A stretch of DNA of 47,921 bases from a virus. The notes below the pieces were generated by a model. It searched no databases and was not told the DNA's origin. It worked only from the letters and a program-made list of their open reading frames with translations. The position numbers were made by a program, and so were the translations under genes. The first letter of the stretch is position 1. Each line of letters opens with the position of its first letter. Shown here one piece after another: positions 23,812 through 34,028 of the stretch. Location of the stretch: IMG/VR virus record IMGVR_UViG_3300045988_102864, one strand, 5' to 3'.

Positions 23812-24552
23812 TTAAATAATCGCAAGTAATGCGTTGATGTTTCCCACGACGAGATTAACCCCCGCCGATGTGATAGGTTTGGTGTTGTCCTGCTCGGCGC
23901 TATCGGTAGTATCTACTGACAATACGCCGTCTTTCGTGATTGATAAGTTTTTTCCGACAGTGACAATGCCCGCTTTTTCCGTCGTCGCGATGTCTACGCG
24001 CACCGGATTTTCGTCGAGGTATTTGTTTACCGCGTTCTGTATGTCTTCAGGCGAGCCACCTCCCTCTGCGGACAGCACGCCGTTTTCGTCAACCGCCAGC
24101 CCGCTGCCGAGCGTGGAAAACGGCTTGTTCTGTACCGCGTCCCATGTGGGGGATGTGATGCTCTCGAGCATTGCTATAATCTGCTCATATACGTCGGGTG
24201 TCGGGTCGGGGATGGGCTGACCGAGCAAGTCCGCGATACTGTCTCTAACCTTGAGACAACACGGACAAGTGGTTTTGAGTACGCTCGGCTTTTCAATCGA
24301 CCCTGCCTGCACTCCGACAAAGATACGTCTGTGTTCTCCGTTAAGCACGGGCACAGGACAAGCGTTGCCGTTAATCACAACAGGCTGATGGCTTCCGTCT
24401 TCGCAGACAAAATACACCGTCTTGTAATTGTCCGTCCACTCTTCGTCAAAGTCAAACTCAATCACATAGTCTGAGTTGTGAGATATAACCTCCTCTCCCT
24501 CTGTAATTGTCGGCACACGTGAGCGCACCGTGATGTGGATAGTTGTTAGCAT
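23812..24552 (-). CDS. Tail fibre / receptor-binding-like protein
   Basis: Repeated G-x-LSA/LSV motifs. The C-terminus ...NALLAII parallels ...AALAAI of the next fibre gene. Confidence 0.55.
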   Translation of the reverse strand: MLTTIHITVRSRVPTITEGEEVISHNSDYVIEFDFDEEWTDNYKTVYFVCEDGSHQPVVINGNACPVPVLNGEHRRIFVGVQAGSIEKPSVLKTTCPCCLKVRDSIADLLGQPIPDPTPDVYEQIIAMLESITSPTWDAVQNKPFSTLGSGLAVDENGVLSAEGGGSPEDIQNAVNKYLDENPVRVDIATTEKAGIVTVGKNLSITKDGVLSVDTTDSAEQDNTKPITSAGVNLVVGNINALLAII

Positions 24553-24920
24553 TCATTTTCACCTCCTGTGAGCTTGATGAATTTCCTAAGTGTGGTTAAG
24601 TCACTGTAGGATAACTTAATATCCTCGTTTTCCGATATTTCTATCGGCAGTTCGGTGTCTCCGAGGTCAACATCAAGGTTCATAAGCTCATTGAATCTTT
24701 GGTTGAACTCAGCTTCCGTTTCCGCAATAGGTTCATATCTGCCGTTTTCGAGCCTGCAATACTCGCCGAGAATTCGCATTCGCTGAACGTCGTAGAACTT
24801 CATCTGCGCTTCTATCTTGTCGAGAAAGCCGAATAGCCTATATAACGTTTTCAGCGACAGGTTCTGCGCACAGAGTTTTTTGAACGCTTCCTGCGCATAG
24901 ATTAAATCTGACATTTTCAT
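24546..24920 (-). CDS. Hypothetical tail-module protein
   Basis: 124-aa ORF in the operon. Confidence 0.5.
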   Translation of the reverse strand: MKMSDLIYAQEAFKKLCAQNLSLKTLYRLFGFLDKIEAQMKFYDVQRMRILGEYCRLENGRYEPIAETEAEFNQRFNELMNLDVDLGDTELPIEISENEDIKLSYSDLTTLRKFIKLTGGENEC

Positions 24921-24935
24921 GTTATAGTATCTCCT

Positions 24936-27900
24936 TTAGGGTGCTGTTGTTTGAGATGAGTTGTCACCAAAGATTATTTTTTCGACATATAGCGTTTTGA
25001 AATAGTTTTGCACACCTCCTATATCCCAATATCCGTTACCTCCGGGGATTATTTTCCTGTTAGCTGTCTGCACCTGCAACTGATAGTTTGTAGACGAACT
25101 GTCTGGGTCTATAAAATAGATAAACGAACCATACAATTCAAGGAACGCCGCCATTCCCGATATTGGAGACTGTACACCGACTTGAACAACGCCGTTTTGT
25201 GCGCTTATCTTTGATGTGACAATAGTGTAGTTCTCGTTTTCCGCAAAAAATACCTTGTTGACATAAAGGTTGTCTGTGGTGACATTGCCGCCGTCTATTG
25301 TTGTTGCACCGCTTGTTGACAGGTCTGTAAACGTTACAAGTCCGTTGAAATTAATATCAGCCGATGAAATTTGAACATTTCCGCTTTTCAGAGATATTGT
25401 AGCCTTGCCGCGTGACTGCGTTGTTGTGAAACATTTGACTTTGAAATAGTCTCCGTTTTTGTCGTACGAACCGTCTTTGATGTATTTGAACGACACGTAA
25501 TGATTTCCTGCCGGAATTGTCATTGAAAACGTCTGTGGCGTTGCGCTCGATTCTCCTTTGAAGCTATGGTAAACTCCTGTTGAATCTGCAGTGTTATCAC
25601 TTGATAAAGACGTGTCAAGGTTGGACATTATGCCGTAGTCATAATCGCTTTCACCGTAGGATATGCAACGGAATTTTACCTGCGTCGGCTTAGTGAAAGT
25701 GAACTTAAATCCGCCATATGCGTATGAATTTGCAACACCCGCATTCTGAGAAGTGTAATACCCATCAGAGGTCAGCGTGAAATCATATGCTTCCTCGGGA
25801 GTTACTTGTATGTCATCACCGAAATACCAAGGTGTATTGCTCCATGTTCCCGCCGAAACTTCTGACGTGCTTCCCGCAGTTTCCGTAGCTGTAAGGTCAA
25901 GCGCGTTCGCAGAAAGACGTATGGATGAGCTGTCGGCATTTGCAAACAAAGTCAACAGCGCGCGGACGTTTGAACCGATTGTTCCCGAACCGTAGGAAGC
26001 TGATAGGGATATTTTTGATTCAATGCCTTTCTCGGTTTTTTGTATAAGTTGTTCGATTGCCGTTGTTGTGGTTATCGTGCTTCCGCTTGACACCTCAACG
26101 AATTTGCCCTTGACAGCAGAGGTAATAGAGGCTTTGCCCTCCTGCGTGTTCAGATAGCTCTCTACAGCTGTAGACAAATCCGTATCGCGTAGCATTGACT
26201 TCTTGATTGCTTCAAGTTCACGCTGCTGTACCGGCTCAATCTCGCGTACCAGTCCGCCCGTTGATTCATACTCAACCTTGCCGAATCCGTTCCATTTGAT
26301 TGTTTGGGAGAATATCGGGAGAGTTTTCACCTCGTCATAATCATTAACTACGGTGATAATGTCTCCGCATTTAATTTCGGGATACCATTCGGCACGTACC
26401 GCAATAGGAGAATAAGCAGGGAAGAGTGAAGCCTTTGCAAAAATCGCGTTCACATAAGGCTGTAGCGCAGATATTTCCGTGTCGTTCTCGATATACAGAA
26501 ACGGATTGTCGCTGATAACATAAGTATTTGTTCCCGTACCCGCAGTCACGAGCTGGTCTCCGTATGACGTGTAACACTCGAGCTTGCCTATAACGGGAGT
26601 TTCAAATTCACTCTCGCTCATCTCAAATCGGTCTGTTTTGAGAATTTTGTAGGAGTTTGTTGTAAATGTGTTTAACTCAACTTTACCATCCGCATTTACT
26701 CTCGCGTAACAGCCCGCCGCTTCCGCAATCCACGCAAGCACTTCACGCGCCGTGTAGTCCGAGGTTGAGAACGGATTGAAAGTAAAGTTTTTTGTAGAGT
26801 TTGTAAACGTTGTCGTGATAGGTTCAACACCCACTGCGGCGCAAAGGGAAGAGAAAACCGCGCCGAGAGTGATGGGGAATTTCATGTTTTCGATGAAATC
26901 CGAAGCAGAAACTTCAAACTTCTGCATACGGTCATAAGCGGTAAAGTCTATGAGCTTGCCGCGAACTTTGTCGGGTCTCTTGCCTTTGAAAACGCCGACC
27001 GCCACATACTGAAAAGCCGCGCCGACCTTAACGCCTATTTGCAAAGTAAATTCCTGCGTAAAATCGAAGTTGTTAAACTTGTTGTCAACATTGAACAACG
27101 TCATTTCAACTTGTTTACAAACAGCTTTGCCGAAAGTATAGTCAGTGTCTCCGTTCAGAATGTCCGTAATCTTAACACCATCACCCGTTATCGCAACGTC
27201 AGCTTTTCCGAGAACCGTGTTGTCGGCAAAAGTTATCTTGATATCCTGTTCGGTATGAGCGCGTATAGCTTCAAGTAAACTCGCGACAGGTTGAGCAACG
27301 TTCATCACGTCCGAAGTCTTGTAGTCCGAACTGCTGTTGTTTGAATCGTAAGCGCATACTCTATACTGCACTGTAAGCCACGCAGAGCCTACTGTGTCGA
27401 TGTAAGATGTGTTCTCGCCCCGATATACCGTCATGTAGCTTGCGCCGTCCACAGAACGTTGTAGCGCATATTCCGCCGCATTTGAAACGCCCGCCCATGA
27501 GATTGTTGCCGACTCTCCCGCAGTGAGGGCAGGAACGGTTATAGTCTCTGGCATTGACGGGACAGTTGAAGTGCCGCCGACAATCGTTCGTATGTCCGAA
27601 CCCGACCACGTTGCGGAATATACATCTCCGTCTATATAAGCCGCAACTCTGTACTGCACTTTAGTCCACGTAGACTGAGCCGTATCGGTATATGACAGGT
27701 TCGCGCCTTTGTAAACGGTAATATAGTCTCCATCATCTACTTTGCGCTGTAGTTCATATCCTTCCACCTCTGAAACCGAGGGGGCTGTCCACGTTACTGT
27801 ATAAGTATCTCCGATGTTAATAGTGTCAGGAATTACAGGATAGCCGGGTGGATTAGGTGCTGATATGGCGGTTATGTCATCGCTTGTGTTCCAATCGGAC

Positions 27901-28988
27901 TGCGTTTCTCCAGATACCGCACATACGCGATAGCCATATACTGTGTAACGCGTTTGTATCTGGTCGTCAAAATAAGTGTTTGTGCCGCTGTATCTTTGAG
28001 AATAAGAACCGTCCGCGCTGGTTTTTCTCTGCAAGATATACGAATCCGCACCGTCGACCGCCGACCACTCAATAAGAGCACCTCTACCTTTAACTAACTT
28101 CGGTATAGTCAGTGTTGCGGGAGGTGTTATCGTACCAGCAAACATGACCGTGTAACATCCGTCTGAATCCGCAGTGTCCGAAACGAGCAGGGAAGAGGAA
28201 AGATTCAAAGCAGGGCGAACGCCATTGTTACCACAGTAAGCATTGTTGCCGCCCAAACCACCATCCGAGTTGACACGCCGAGCGAGGTAGGCGAACGAGT
28301 AGTGAGGCGTTCTCAGCCACCAATACCAAGCCACAGTCTTGCTTGACGGCTTAGAGCTTGACGGCGTATTGCTGAAACACTGCTGCGTGACATACCCGAC
28401 ACGAGCGGAATTGCTTGTGTAGTAACCCCACGCACTACCTTCGGCGATGTTGTTCTCGTTGGAAAGACCAACTTCCGTAGCAGACGGGAAGAACACCTTG
28501 CGCTGAATATCCTCATAAGAGCCGCCGTCCACACTCGGCTTTACCACCCGGATTGTGGTAGAGAGGATAGCATTGATTTCATCGGTAGTAAAACCATTCA
28601 GAAAACCGGGACGGTTTGCATACTGCGTGTTTGCAGAGACAACCGTTGAACTGTTAGGCGATTGGTCTGTCGCATGAGCGGCAGTATACCACGCATTAGT
28701 AGCAGCATTTTTGTTGAGCCATTGGTCGAGATTGGAGACGGAATAGCGGTTGTTACCATATTTCTGCCTATCAGAATTGCTGTTACTCGGCTCTTCTGCA
28801 TCAAAACATCTTAAGTCAAGAATCTCAGCGGCGTGAAGAGTTACCGAGTTCGAAGGATAAGCGGGAGTGGACACATGATTTTTCGCAACAATAGTCCATA
28901 TTATAGGCTGCGCTTTCTCTGTGTTCACTTGATACTTGCCGAACTTGACTTTTGAGCCTACGGCAAGATTGGATAAAGCCTGCGACAC
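24936..28988 (-). CDS. Very large tail tip / baseplate protein: N-terminal WWLRTP-type domain, three FN3-like repeats, phage tail-protein core, C-terminal beta-rich domain
   Basis: ORF 24936..29054 trimmed to GTG 28988 (SD GGGGGA directly after the upstream stop). Three repeats of about 90 aa (..W.AV.GA..Y.LQRK..DG.Y...Y.G....Y.D.......Y.Y.V.A). Confidence 0.8.
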   Translation of the reverse strand: MSQALSNLAVGSKVKFGKYQVNTEKAQPIIWTIVAKNHVSTPAYPSNSVTLHAAEILDLRCFDAEEPSNSNSDRQKYGNNRYSVSNLDQWLNKNAATNAWYTAAHATDQSPNSSTVVSANTQYANRPGFLNGFTTDEINAILSTTIRVVKPSVDGGSYEDIQRKVFFPSATEVGLSNENNIAEGSAWGYYTSNSARVGYVTQQCFSNTPSSSKPSSKTVAWYWWLRTPHYSFAYLARRVNSDGGLGGNNAYCGNNGVRPALNLSSSLLVSDTADSDGCYTVMFAGTITPPATLTIPKLVKGRGALIEWSAVDGADSYILQRKTSADGSYSQRYSGTNTYFDDQIQTRYTVYGYRVCAVSGETQSDWNTSDDITAISAPNPPGYPVIPDTINIGDTYTVTWTAPSVSEVEGYELQRKVDDGDYITVYKGANLSYTDTAQSTWTKVQYRVAAYIDGDVYSATWSGSDIRTIVGGTSTVPSMPETITVPALTAGESATISWAGVSNAAEYALQRSVDGASYMTVYRGENTSYIDTVGSAWLTVQYRVCAYDSNNSSSDYKTSDVMNVAQPVASLLEAIRAHTEQDIKITFADNTVLGKADVAITGDGVKITDILNGDTDYTFGKAVCKQVEMTLFNVDNKFNNFDFTQEFTLQIGVKVGAAFQYVAVGVFKGKRPDKVRGKLIDFTAYDRMQKFEVSASDFIENMKFPITLGAVFSSLCAAVGVEPITTTFTNSTKNFTFNPFSTSDYTAREVLAWIAEAAGCYARVNADGKVELNTFTTNSYKILKTDRFEMSESEFETPVIGKLECYTSYGDQLVTAGTGTNTYVISDNPFLYIENDTEISALQPYVNAIFAKASLFPAYSPIAVRAEWYPEIKCGDIITVVNDYDEVKTLPIFSQTIKWNGFGKVEYESTGGLVREIEPVQQRELEAIKKSMLRDTDLSTAVESYLNTQEGKASITSAVKGKFVEVSSGSTITTTTAIEQLIQKTEKGIESKISLSASYGSGTIGSNVRALLTLFANADSSSIRLSANALDLTATETAGSTSEVSAGTWSNTPWYFGDDIQVTPEEAYDFTLTSDGYYTSQNAGVANSYAYGGFKFTFTKPTQVKFRCISYGESDYDYGIMSNLDTSLSSDNTADSTGVYHSFKGESSATPQTFSMTIPAGNHYVSFKYIKDGSYDKNGDYFKVKCFTTTQSRGKATISLKSGNVQISSADINFNGLVTFTDLSTSGATTIDGGNVTTDNLYVNKVFFAENENYTIVTSKISAQNGVVQVGVQSPISGMAAFLELYGSFIYFIDPDSSSTNYQLQVQTANRKIIPGGNGYWDIGGVQNYFKTLYVEKIIFGDNSSQTTAP

Positions 28989-28998
28989 GTTATCCCCC

Positions 28999-29382
28999 CT
29001 AAAATTCAATGATGTTGAACGACAAATCGAAACGCGCAACTTCTTCTTTGTCAATCCAGTAGTATTTTGTTGTTGCCGACCTGTCGCCCGCGTAGTATGT
29101 GCCGGAGCGCGTACCGCCTTTTTGATACGGGTCTGGGCAGACTGCCGTGAAACTGTCGGAATTGACGGCGTTGAGTATTGAAGCCATTTCAGTCCACGTC
29201 AGGCAGTTCCACTTGAAACCGAAGTTTATCTTCTGTCCCACACGGTTTCTGTGCAAAACAGATGTCGCGTCTCTCTCAGCACTTTCATCAACGTCTGCTA
29301 TTGAGGGATTCCATTCGGAAGGGTCGGGAATACTAACCCCCCCGAACTTTATTCCCATTGTGTAATTGAGTAATGATATCAT
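28999..29382 (-). CDS. Small tail protein (distal-tail position)
   Basis: 127 aa, between the tape measure and the large tail protein. Confidence 0.55.
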   Translation of the reverse strand: MISLLNYTMGIKFGGVSIPDPSEWNPSIADVDESAERDATSVLHRNRVGQKINFGFKWNCLTWTEMASILNAVNSDSFTAVCPDPYQKGGTRSGTYYAGDRSATTKYYWIDKEEVARFDLSFNIIEF

Positions 29383-29384
29383 GT

Positions 29385-32357
29385 TTAACCACCCGTAACC
29401 TGTTCAACCATCTTCTGGGAGCGTTTTACCGCGCGTCCCAAAGCAACAGACGGAGAAATCGAAAGTTCCTTGTCAGCAATCTTTTGTAACAGTCTGTTTT
29501 GTTCTCTGAGAAGTTTGTTCTGCTCTGCGGTATCCTTGTCCGAGCCTGAACTGTTCGCGCGGAGTACGCCGTTCATAGCGTTTGTGACACCTGCCTGAAT
29601 GCCCGCTATAATCTGACCGTTGTTCGCAACAGCGTTTCTGCCGCCTATAGTTCCTACCAGTTCGGGTCCTGCTTCACGCGCGACGAATAACTGTCCCATA
29701 GTCGGGAAACCGCCGTTAGCAAACTGATTATCGAGAGAACCGAAAAGCAAATCGTCAACAATGGAATCCGTCTTAGTCTTGCGAATCTTTTCTCTCGCTT
29801 CCTCAACCTTGCTGAAATCGGCTTTTACATCAATAGTGACACCTGCGGTCATACCGTCAAGGTCTTTGACTTTTCCGCTGAAATAATCGACTTTATCCGC
29901 CGCGTCTTGGAGCGCAGTTTCCGCATTATTAACCGCAAGTGATGTATCTTTAACGGCTCCTTCCGCGTCTGCGAGGTCGTCCATCCATGATATAAATTGA
30001 GTTGACAGTTCACCACCTAAAAGGCTTGCAAGTTCTGCGTTTTTTACGCTTAACCAGTGTATGCTGTCGGTTGTTATATCACTCGCGCTTGTAATGTCCT
30101 GCAACGCTCTTGTGTTAAGTCCGAGAGAATCAAGGAAGCCCTTGTTGTCGCTTTTGATAAGGTCATATATCTTCTGTTGTGCTTCTTTCTGTCTCTCCGT
30201 AGCTTCTATATTATCTTGCTTTAGTTCGATAAGTTTATATTCAGCGTCCGATTGCAGGATGTATGCGTTTTTGATTGATTCATTGTACGCTTCAAGCAGA
30301 AGTTCCTTTTCTCGCGACTTGATGAGCTTGTTAAGTTCGTCGCGCGTCTGAACGATAGAACCCTTGTCGTTAACTTCAATTTCTATAATCCCCATTGAAT
30401 TGATTTCGTTTACGAGAGTTTTCAAAAGTTCAGCTTCCGCTGTGGTTCTTTGTTCCTCCGGAATGTCGTTGAGTTTGAACGCTTCATTTATAAGCCTTTT
30501 AAGCGTAGCCATTTTTAGTTCAACCTCTTTTACCGGAGCATCGAGCTTGTCTACGCGCAATTGTAATTCAGCCGCTATTTCAAGGTCTATCTTTGCCTTG
30601 TCTGCAATTTTCTGGATTTTTGCGTGAAGTTCCTGCGTGTCGAGAAATTTTTGCTTCTTCTCATCAAGCCCAACCTTGACAGCCGCAATAGCCGTAGCAA
30701 TTGTAGCCAGTATGCCTATCGCAAGTCCAGCCTTGCCCCATTTAACGGTAAGTCCCGCTATAGTAGCAAGCGAACCAAGAACCGCTTTAAGTATATTTTC
30801 TTTCGTCACTTCGCCTGAAGCAAGATTCTTTATACCGTCAAACTCAAACGCAAGTCCCGCAAAAGATATAGCAAGCGTAGCAGAGGTTCCAAACCCTCCA
30901 CCGAACAGCTCCGATACCTTTATGCCGAGAAGAGCCGCCCCAATTTCTGTTGCATACTCTTTGATTTCCGCCCATGTGTCATGAAGTCTGTCCGACCACT
31001 CGGTAACGCTTGACGAGATGTTCTCCATTGATACCTCTTCAAACATTCCGCTGTAGTCGGGTGTGGTCTTGCCGGAAGAACTGCCCGTGCTTGATATAAC
31101 GTTCAGCTCGTCAAATCCCGCAAGGAGCTGTTTTTGAGCCACCGCCGAATCCTTAGCCGCTTCCGCATATTCTTTCTGCTGGCGAATAGCCTTAGTCCAC
31201 GAAGAAGCCCCAGTCATTTTCGCGGCAAGCTGATTCAGCCAGTTTACACCCTCGACTATTCTATCAATGAGCGAATCGAATACGGGAATGAGCGCATTGA
31301 GTATCGGAGCTGTCATAGCACCTACAGAGTTTCGGAAATATTGCAGTGAAGTGGCGGCGCTGTCCATACTGCTTGCAAAGTCAGTCCCGACCGCCTTACT
31401 GTATTGGTAAAGGTTGTTTACACCCTCGCTGAATGCCTTGGCAATCTGTTTCAAGAACTCATTCACGGTACGATAACGAAGGATTCTTTCAAGTGAACCC
31501 GCAACCTTGCCGATAGTCTCGCCGAAAACCGAGTTCTTGAATCTCTTGCTCATCTGTTTGCCGAGGTCTTTTATGGACTTCGCAGCACCTTTTGCTTTGG
31601 CTTTGAGTTCGCCAAATTTCGCCGTTATCGAAGCAAGCGGTTTTTCTACGGTGTCGAGTTGTTCCGCGTTTTTGATAAGGCTTTCGAGTATGTCGCTTTG
31701 ACTTGTCTCTTTGCCCGCCGACTTGAGTATGTCGTTAAACTGCTTATTCTTCGCCGCAGTCGGTTTGGCAAACATTTCATCGAAGTTTTGTTTCCATACA
31801 TATTTTCGGACGTAGTCGCTTACCTCTTTTTGCTGTCTACGGATTGAAGCCCAATCAATTGTGTTGTCTATCTTTTCTTCGCCACTATCGGCAATACCGT
31901 ATTTCTTGTTATAAGCAGCTTCCGCTTTTTTCGATATAGCAAGGTCTCGTGCCAATTGCGCCTTCATACGCTGAGTTTCCGCAATTTCGTCCGCGGCTCT
32001 GTCTATTTCCGCTTTCATTTCCGCCATGTAACTATCATCATCGGCTTTTTTCAAAGTTATCTTTTGCGCCTTATCCATGCCTTTCATGACGGCAGCGGAG
32101 TTTTTCACAACGTCCTTTAAAGCGCGGTATTTCTTTGTCGCATTTTCCGTTTCTGTAGCAAGCGTTTTTAGAGAAGAAGCTGTTTCCTTTATGTCTTTGC
32201 CGCCTAAAAAATTGCTTACCTGCGGCATTGACTTGAAATCTCTCATAAGTTCTCTGAGAGGTTCGAGCGTTTTCACAAGATTTTTCAGCGCGCTTTCCGC
32301 TTTCTTTGTCTCGGCAGTGACTACTATTTGCAGATTGTCTATTGTTCCGTCAGCCAT
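29385..32357 (-). CDS. Tape measure protein
   Basis: ORF 29385..32378 trimmed to ATG 32357 (SD GAAAGGAGAA). About 990 aa, helical/coiled coil with central hydrophobic Gly/Ala segments. It follows the chaperone pair. Confidence 0.85.
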   Translation of the reverse strand: MADGTIDNLQIVVTAETKKAESALKNLVKTLEPLRELMRDFKSMPQVSNFLGGKDIKETASSLKTLATETENATKKYRALKDVVKNSAAVMKGMDKAQKITLKKADDDSYMAEMKAEIDRAADEIAETQRMKAQLARDLAISKKAEAAYNKKYGIADSGEEKIDNTIDWASIRRQQKEVSDYVRKYVWKQNFDEMFAKPTAAKNKQFNDILKSAGKETSQSDILESLIKNAEQLDTVEKPLASITAKFGELKAKAKGAAKSIKDLGKQMSKRFKNSVFGETIGKVAGSLERILRYRTVNEFLKQIAKAFSEGVNNLYQYSKAVGTDFASSMDSAATSLQYFRNSVGAMTAPILNALIPVFDSLIDRIVEGVNWLNQLAAKMTGASSWTKAIRQQKEYAEAAKDSAVAQKQLLAGFDELNVISSTGSSSGKTTPDYSGMFEEVSMENISSSVTEWSDRLHDTWAEIKEYATEIGAALLGIKVSELFGGGFGTSATLAISFAGLAFEFDGIKNLASGEVTKENILKAVLGSLATIAGLTVKWGKAGLAIGILATIATAIAAVKVGLDEKKQKFLDTQELHAKIQKIADKAKIDLEIAAELQLRVDKLDAPVKEVELKMATLKRLINEAFKLNDIPEEQRTTAEAELLKTLVNEINSMGIIEIEVNDKGSIVQTRDELNKLIKSREKELLLEAYNESIKNAYILQSDAEYKLIELKQDNIEATERQKEAQQKIYDLIKSDNKGFLDSLGLNTRALQDITSASDITTDSIHWLSVKNAELASLLGGELSTQFISWMDDLADAEGAVKDTSLAVNNAETALQDAADKVDYFSGKVKDLDGMTAGVTIDVKADFSKVEEAREKIRKTKTDSIVDDLLFGSLDNQFANGGFPTMGQLFVAREAGPELVGTIGGRNAVANNGQIIAGIQAGVTNAMNGVLRANSSGSDKDTAEQNKLLREQNRLLQKIADKELSISPSVALGRAVKRSQKMVEQVTGG

Positions 32358-32823
32358 TGTTTTTGTTCTCCTTTCCACTGAATTTTTGTCGCATAGCGGA
32401 AAGCCACGAGAACGCTTGATTTTGTACTTCCGCTTGTTTTTTAGCTTTTTCCGCTTCTTCCTCGGTTTTTCTCTGCCTTTCGGTTACGGAATACGGCTTT
32501 TCGGGATATTTGCCGGGCTTTGTACCGCGTTTTGCAAAAGCATGAAGAATAGGAGCGAGACAACCTACAGCCTCGTATACATAGATTCCTTGTAACCACG
32601 CCGCATAATTATCTCGCTCCTGTCTGTATTCTTCTGCTTCTCGGTAGTAGCGAAGTTCTGTAAAGTCTCCGTCCCAGTATGTGTCATAGGGAACTCCTAT
32701 AGACATATAGTAGGAGCACAGATTATCCGCATACTCCGCAAACCACGGCTTGTCAACTGTCGGCTCAGCGTCAGTCATGCCCGTTTCGCCGGAAGATGGT
32801 GTTATCCCTTCACCGTCTTCCAC
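32350..32823 (-). CDS. Tail assembly chaperone, -1 frame extension (gpT-like part of a G-T fusion)
   Basis: Open in the -1 frame relative to 32802..33152 from the slippery site onward. Its only own start is a GTG with no SD. Confidence 0.6.
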   Translation of the reverse strand: MEDGEGITPSSGETGMTDAEPTVDKPWFAEYADNLCSYYMSIGVPYDTYWDGDFTELRYYREAEEYRQERDNYAAWLQGIYVYEAVGCLAPILHAFAKRGTKPGKYPEKPYSVTERQRKTEEEAEKAKKQAEVQNQAFSWLSAMRQKFSGKENKNNG

Positions 32824-33152
32824 TTCACGTTTCCCTTGGGAGACATTTCTTCGATTACCTCATTTACCATTCTGAAAAGGATGTCGGAAAGAGTGTTTGC
32901 AGTTTCGCCTTCTTCTCCGTCTTCCGAATTGGCAAATTCCTTGTAAATAGCCATTCTTTCATTTCTCGGTACATTCTTGTGGAAAGCATCGAAAGCCGCA
33001 CAGAAAAGGTCTTCCTGCGCCGTCAGAAGATGGTCTTCAAGGTTTCCGAAAGAAAATCCGCTTTTCTCAAGTCGTTTGAGCGACGCAATTGTGTAGCCGA
33101 GGGTATATGCTGTTCCGTTGTATTCAAACTGAATTGTAGTTCTGTTAGCCAT
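32802..33152 (-). CDS. Tail assembly chaperone (gpG-like)
   Basis: 116 aa, acidic, between the major tail protein and the tape measure. Confidence 0.7.
   Translation of the reverse strand: MANRTTIQFEYNGTAYTLGYTIASLKRLEKSGFSFGNLEDHLLTAQEDLFCAAFDAFHKNVPRNERMAIYKEFANSEDGEEGETANTLSDILFRMVNEVIEEMSPKGNVKWKTVKG
32829..32835 (-). promoter_or_regulatory. -1 programmed ribosomal frameshift heptamer G GGA AAC
   Basis: Minus strand aaG GGA AAC in the zero frame of the chaperone gene, 9 codons before its stop. The shifted frame reads GGG AAA CGT GAA... and stays open to 32350. Confidence 0.6.
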
Positions 33153-33174
33153 GGTTTATATTTCCTTTCTTTAA

Positions 33175-33621
33175 TCAGGTATCGTCTGAAAGTGAGGGAG
33201 CTGTCAGTGCGGTTACGGTGACGGTGCAATGAACAACTTCGTTTACTCCCGCACCGTTTATTTTAAGAGAGTACATTCCCTTAAAATTGAACTTGCCGTT
33301 AATACCTGTTGCTGTGTATGTGCCGTCGTTCGCACTTGTACCGCCAAACCAAACGGAAAGGTCTGTTTCGGTGTTCTGACCTGCCTCAAGAGCTTTGTAT
33401 TCCGTCTTAGTGTAGTTAGCTTCAAACTCAATGCTTTCCTGCTGCTGAATGCCGAGTACACTGACAGATACGTAATGCGAAAGAGTTGTAGCGTCAAGCG
33501 TTTCGGGAGTACCGCCGAGGTCGCCGAAAGAGTTTATATCAATGAGCTTTGTGTATGTGCTTCCTGCGTCTTTCTTCATCAGGAATACGCCCATCGAGGT
33601 TACAGGGGTAGGTATAGCCAT
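33175..33621 (-). CDS. Major tail protein (siphovirus type)
   Basis: 148 aa, beta-rich. Position upstream of the chaperone pair. No sheath gene is present. Confidence 0.75.
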   Translation of the reverse strand: MAIPTPVTSMGVFLMKKDAGSTYTKLIDINSFGDLGGTPETLDATTLSHYVSVSVLGIQQQESIEFEANYTKTEYKALEAGQNTETDLSVWFGGTSANDGTYTATGINGKFNFKGMYSLKINGAGVNEVVHCTVTVTALTAPSLSDDT

Positions 33622-33626
33622 CTAAA

Positions 33627-34028
33627 TTACCTCCTATAGATAACATTATTCTTGTCCGCACATCCTGTATAACGTGCGATAATTCTGTAAATCGTGCCGT
33701 CGTTTAAAGAAACAGGCTGCGCCGCAGTCCTCAAAAATCCGCGCATGGTGAACTGTCGGTCTATTTCAGCGAGAATTGATTTCGCTTCCGTTTTACGTTC
33801 CCCCGCTTTGTTGGAGTAAATATTCACCTCATAAAGCAGATTCACGTGATTCTCGCGGTTAGAGCTGTCAATCGTGTCCGAACGCACAAGATTGTCCGCT
33901 TCAACAATGCTCATAAACGGAAATGATGAGGGCAAACGCTCTTCAATGCCCGATACAGACAGAGCAGGAAACTTCTCTTTGAGCGCATTGTAAAGCTCCG
34001 TGTAAAGCACGTTTTCAATGTCAATCAT
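33627..34028 (-). CDS. Tail terminator / tail completion protein
   Basis: ORF 33627..34178 trimmed to ATG 34028 (ATGA overlap). Its upstream part overlaps the preceding gene. Confidence 0.6.
   Translation of the reverse strand: MIDIENVLYTELYNALKEKFPALSVSGIEERLPSSFPFMSIVEADNLVRSDTIDSSNRENHVNLLYEVNIYSNKAGERKTEAKSILAEIDRQFTMRGFLRTAAQPVSLNDGTIYRIIARYTGCADKNNVIYRR

Noticed and set aside
29385-32378. Multiple antisense ORFs (60-172 aa) within the tape measure and other late genes
   Set aside because: All are embedded opposite long, well-supported genes, lack SDs, and have Ser/Leu/Phe-rich antisense-type composition.
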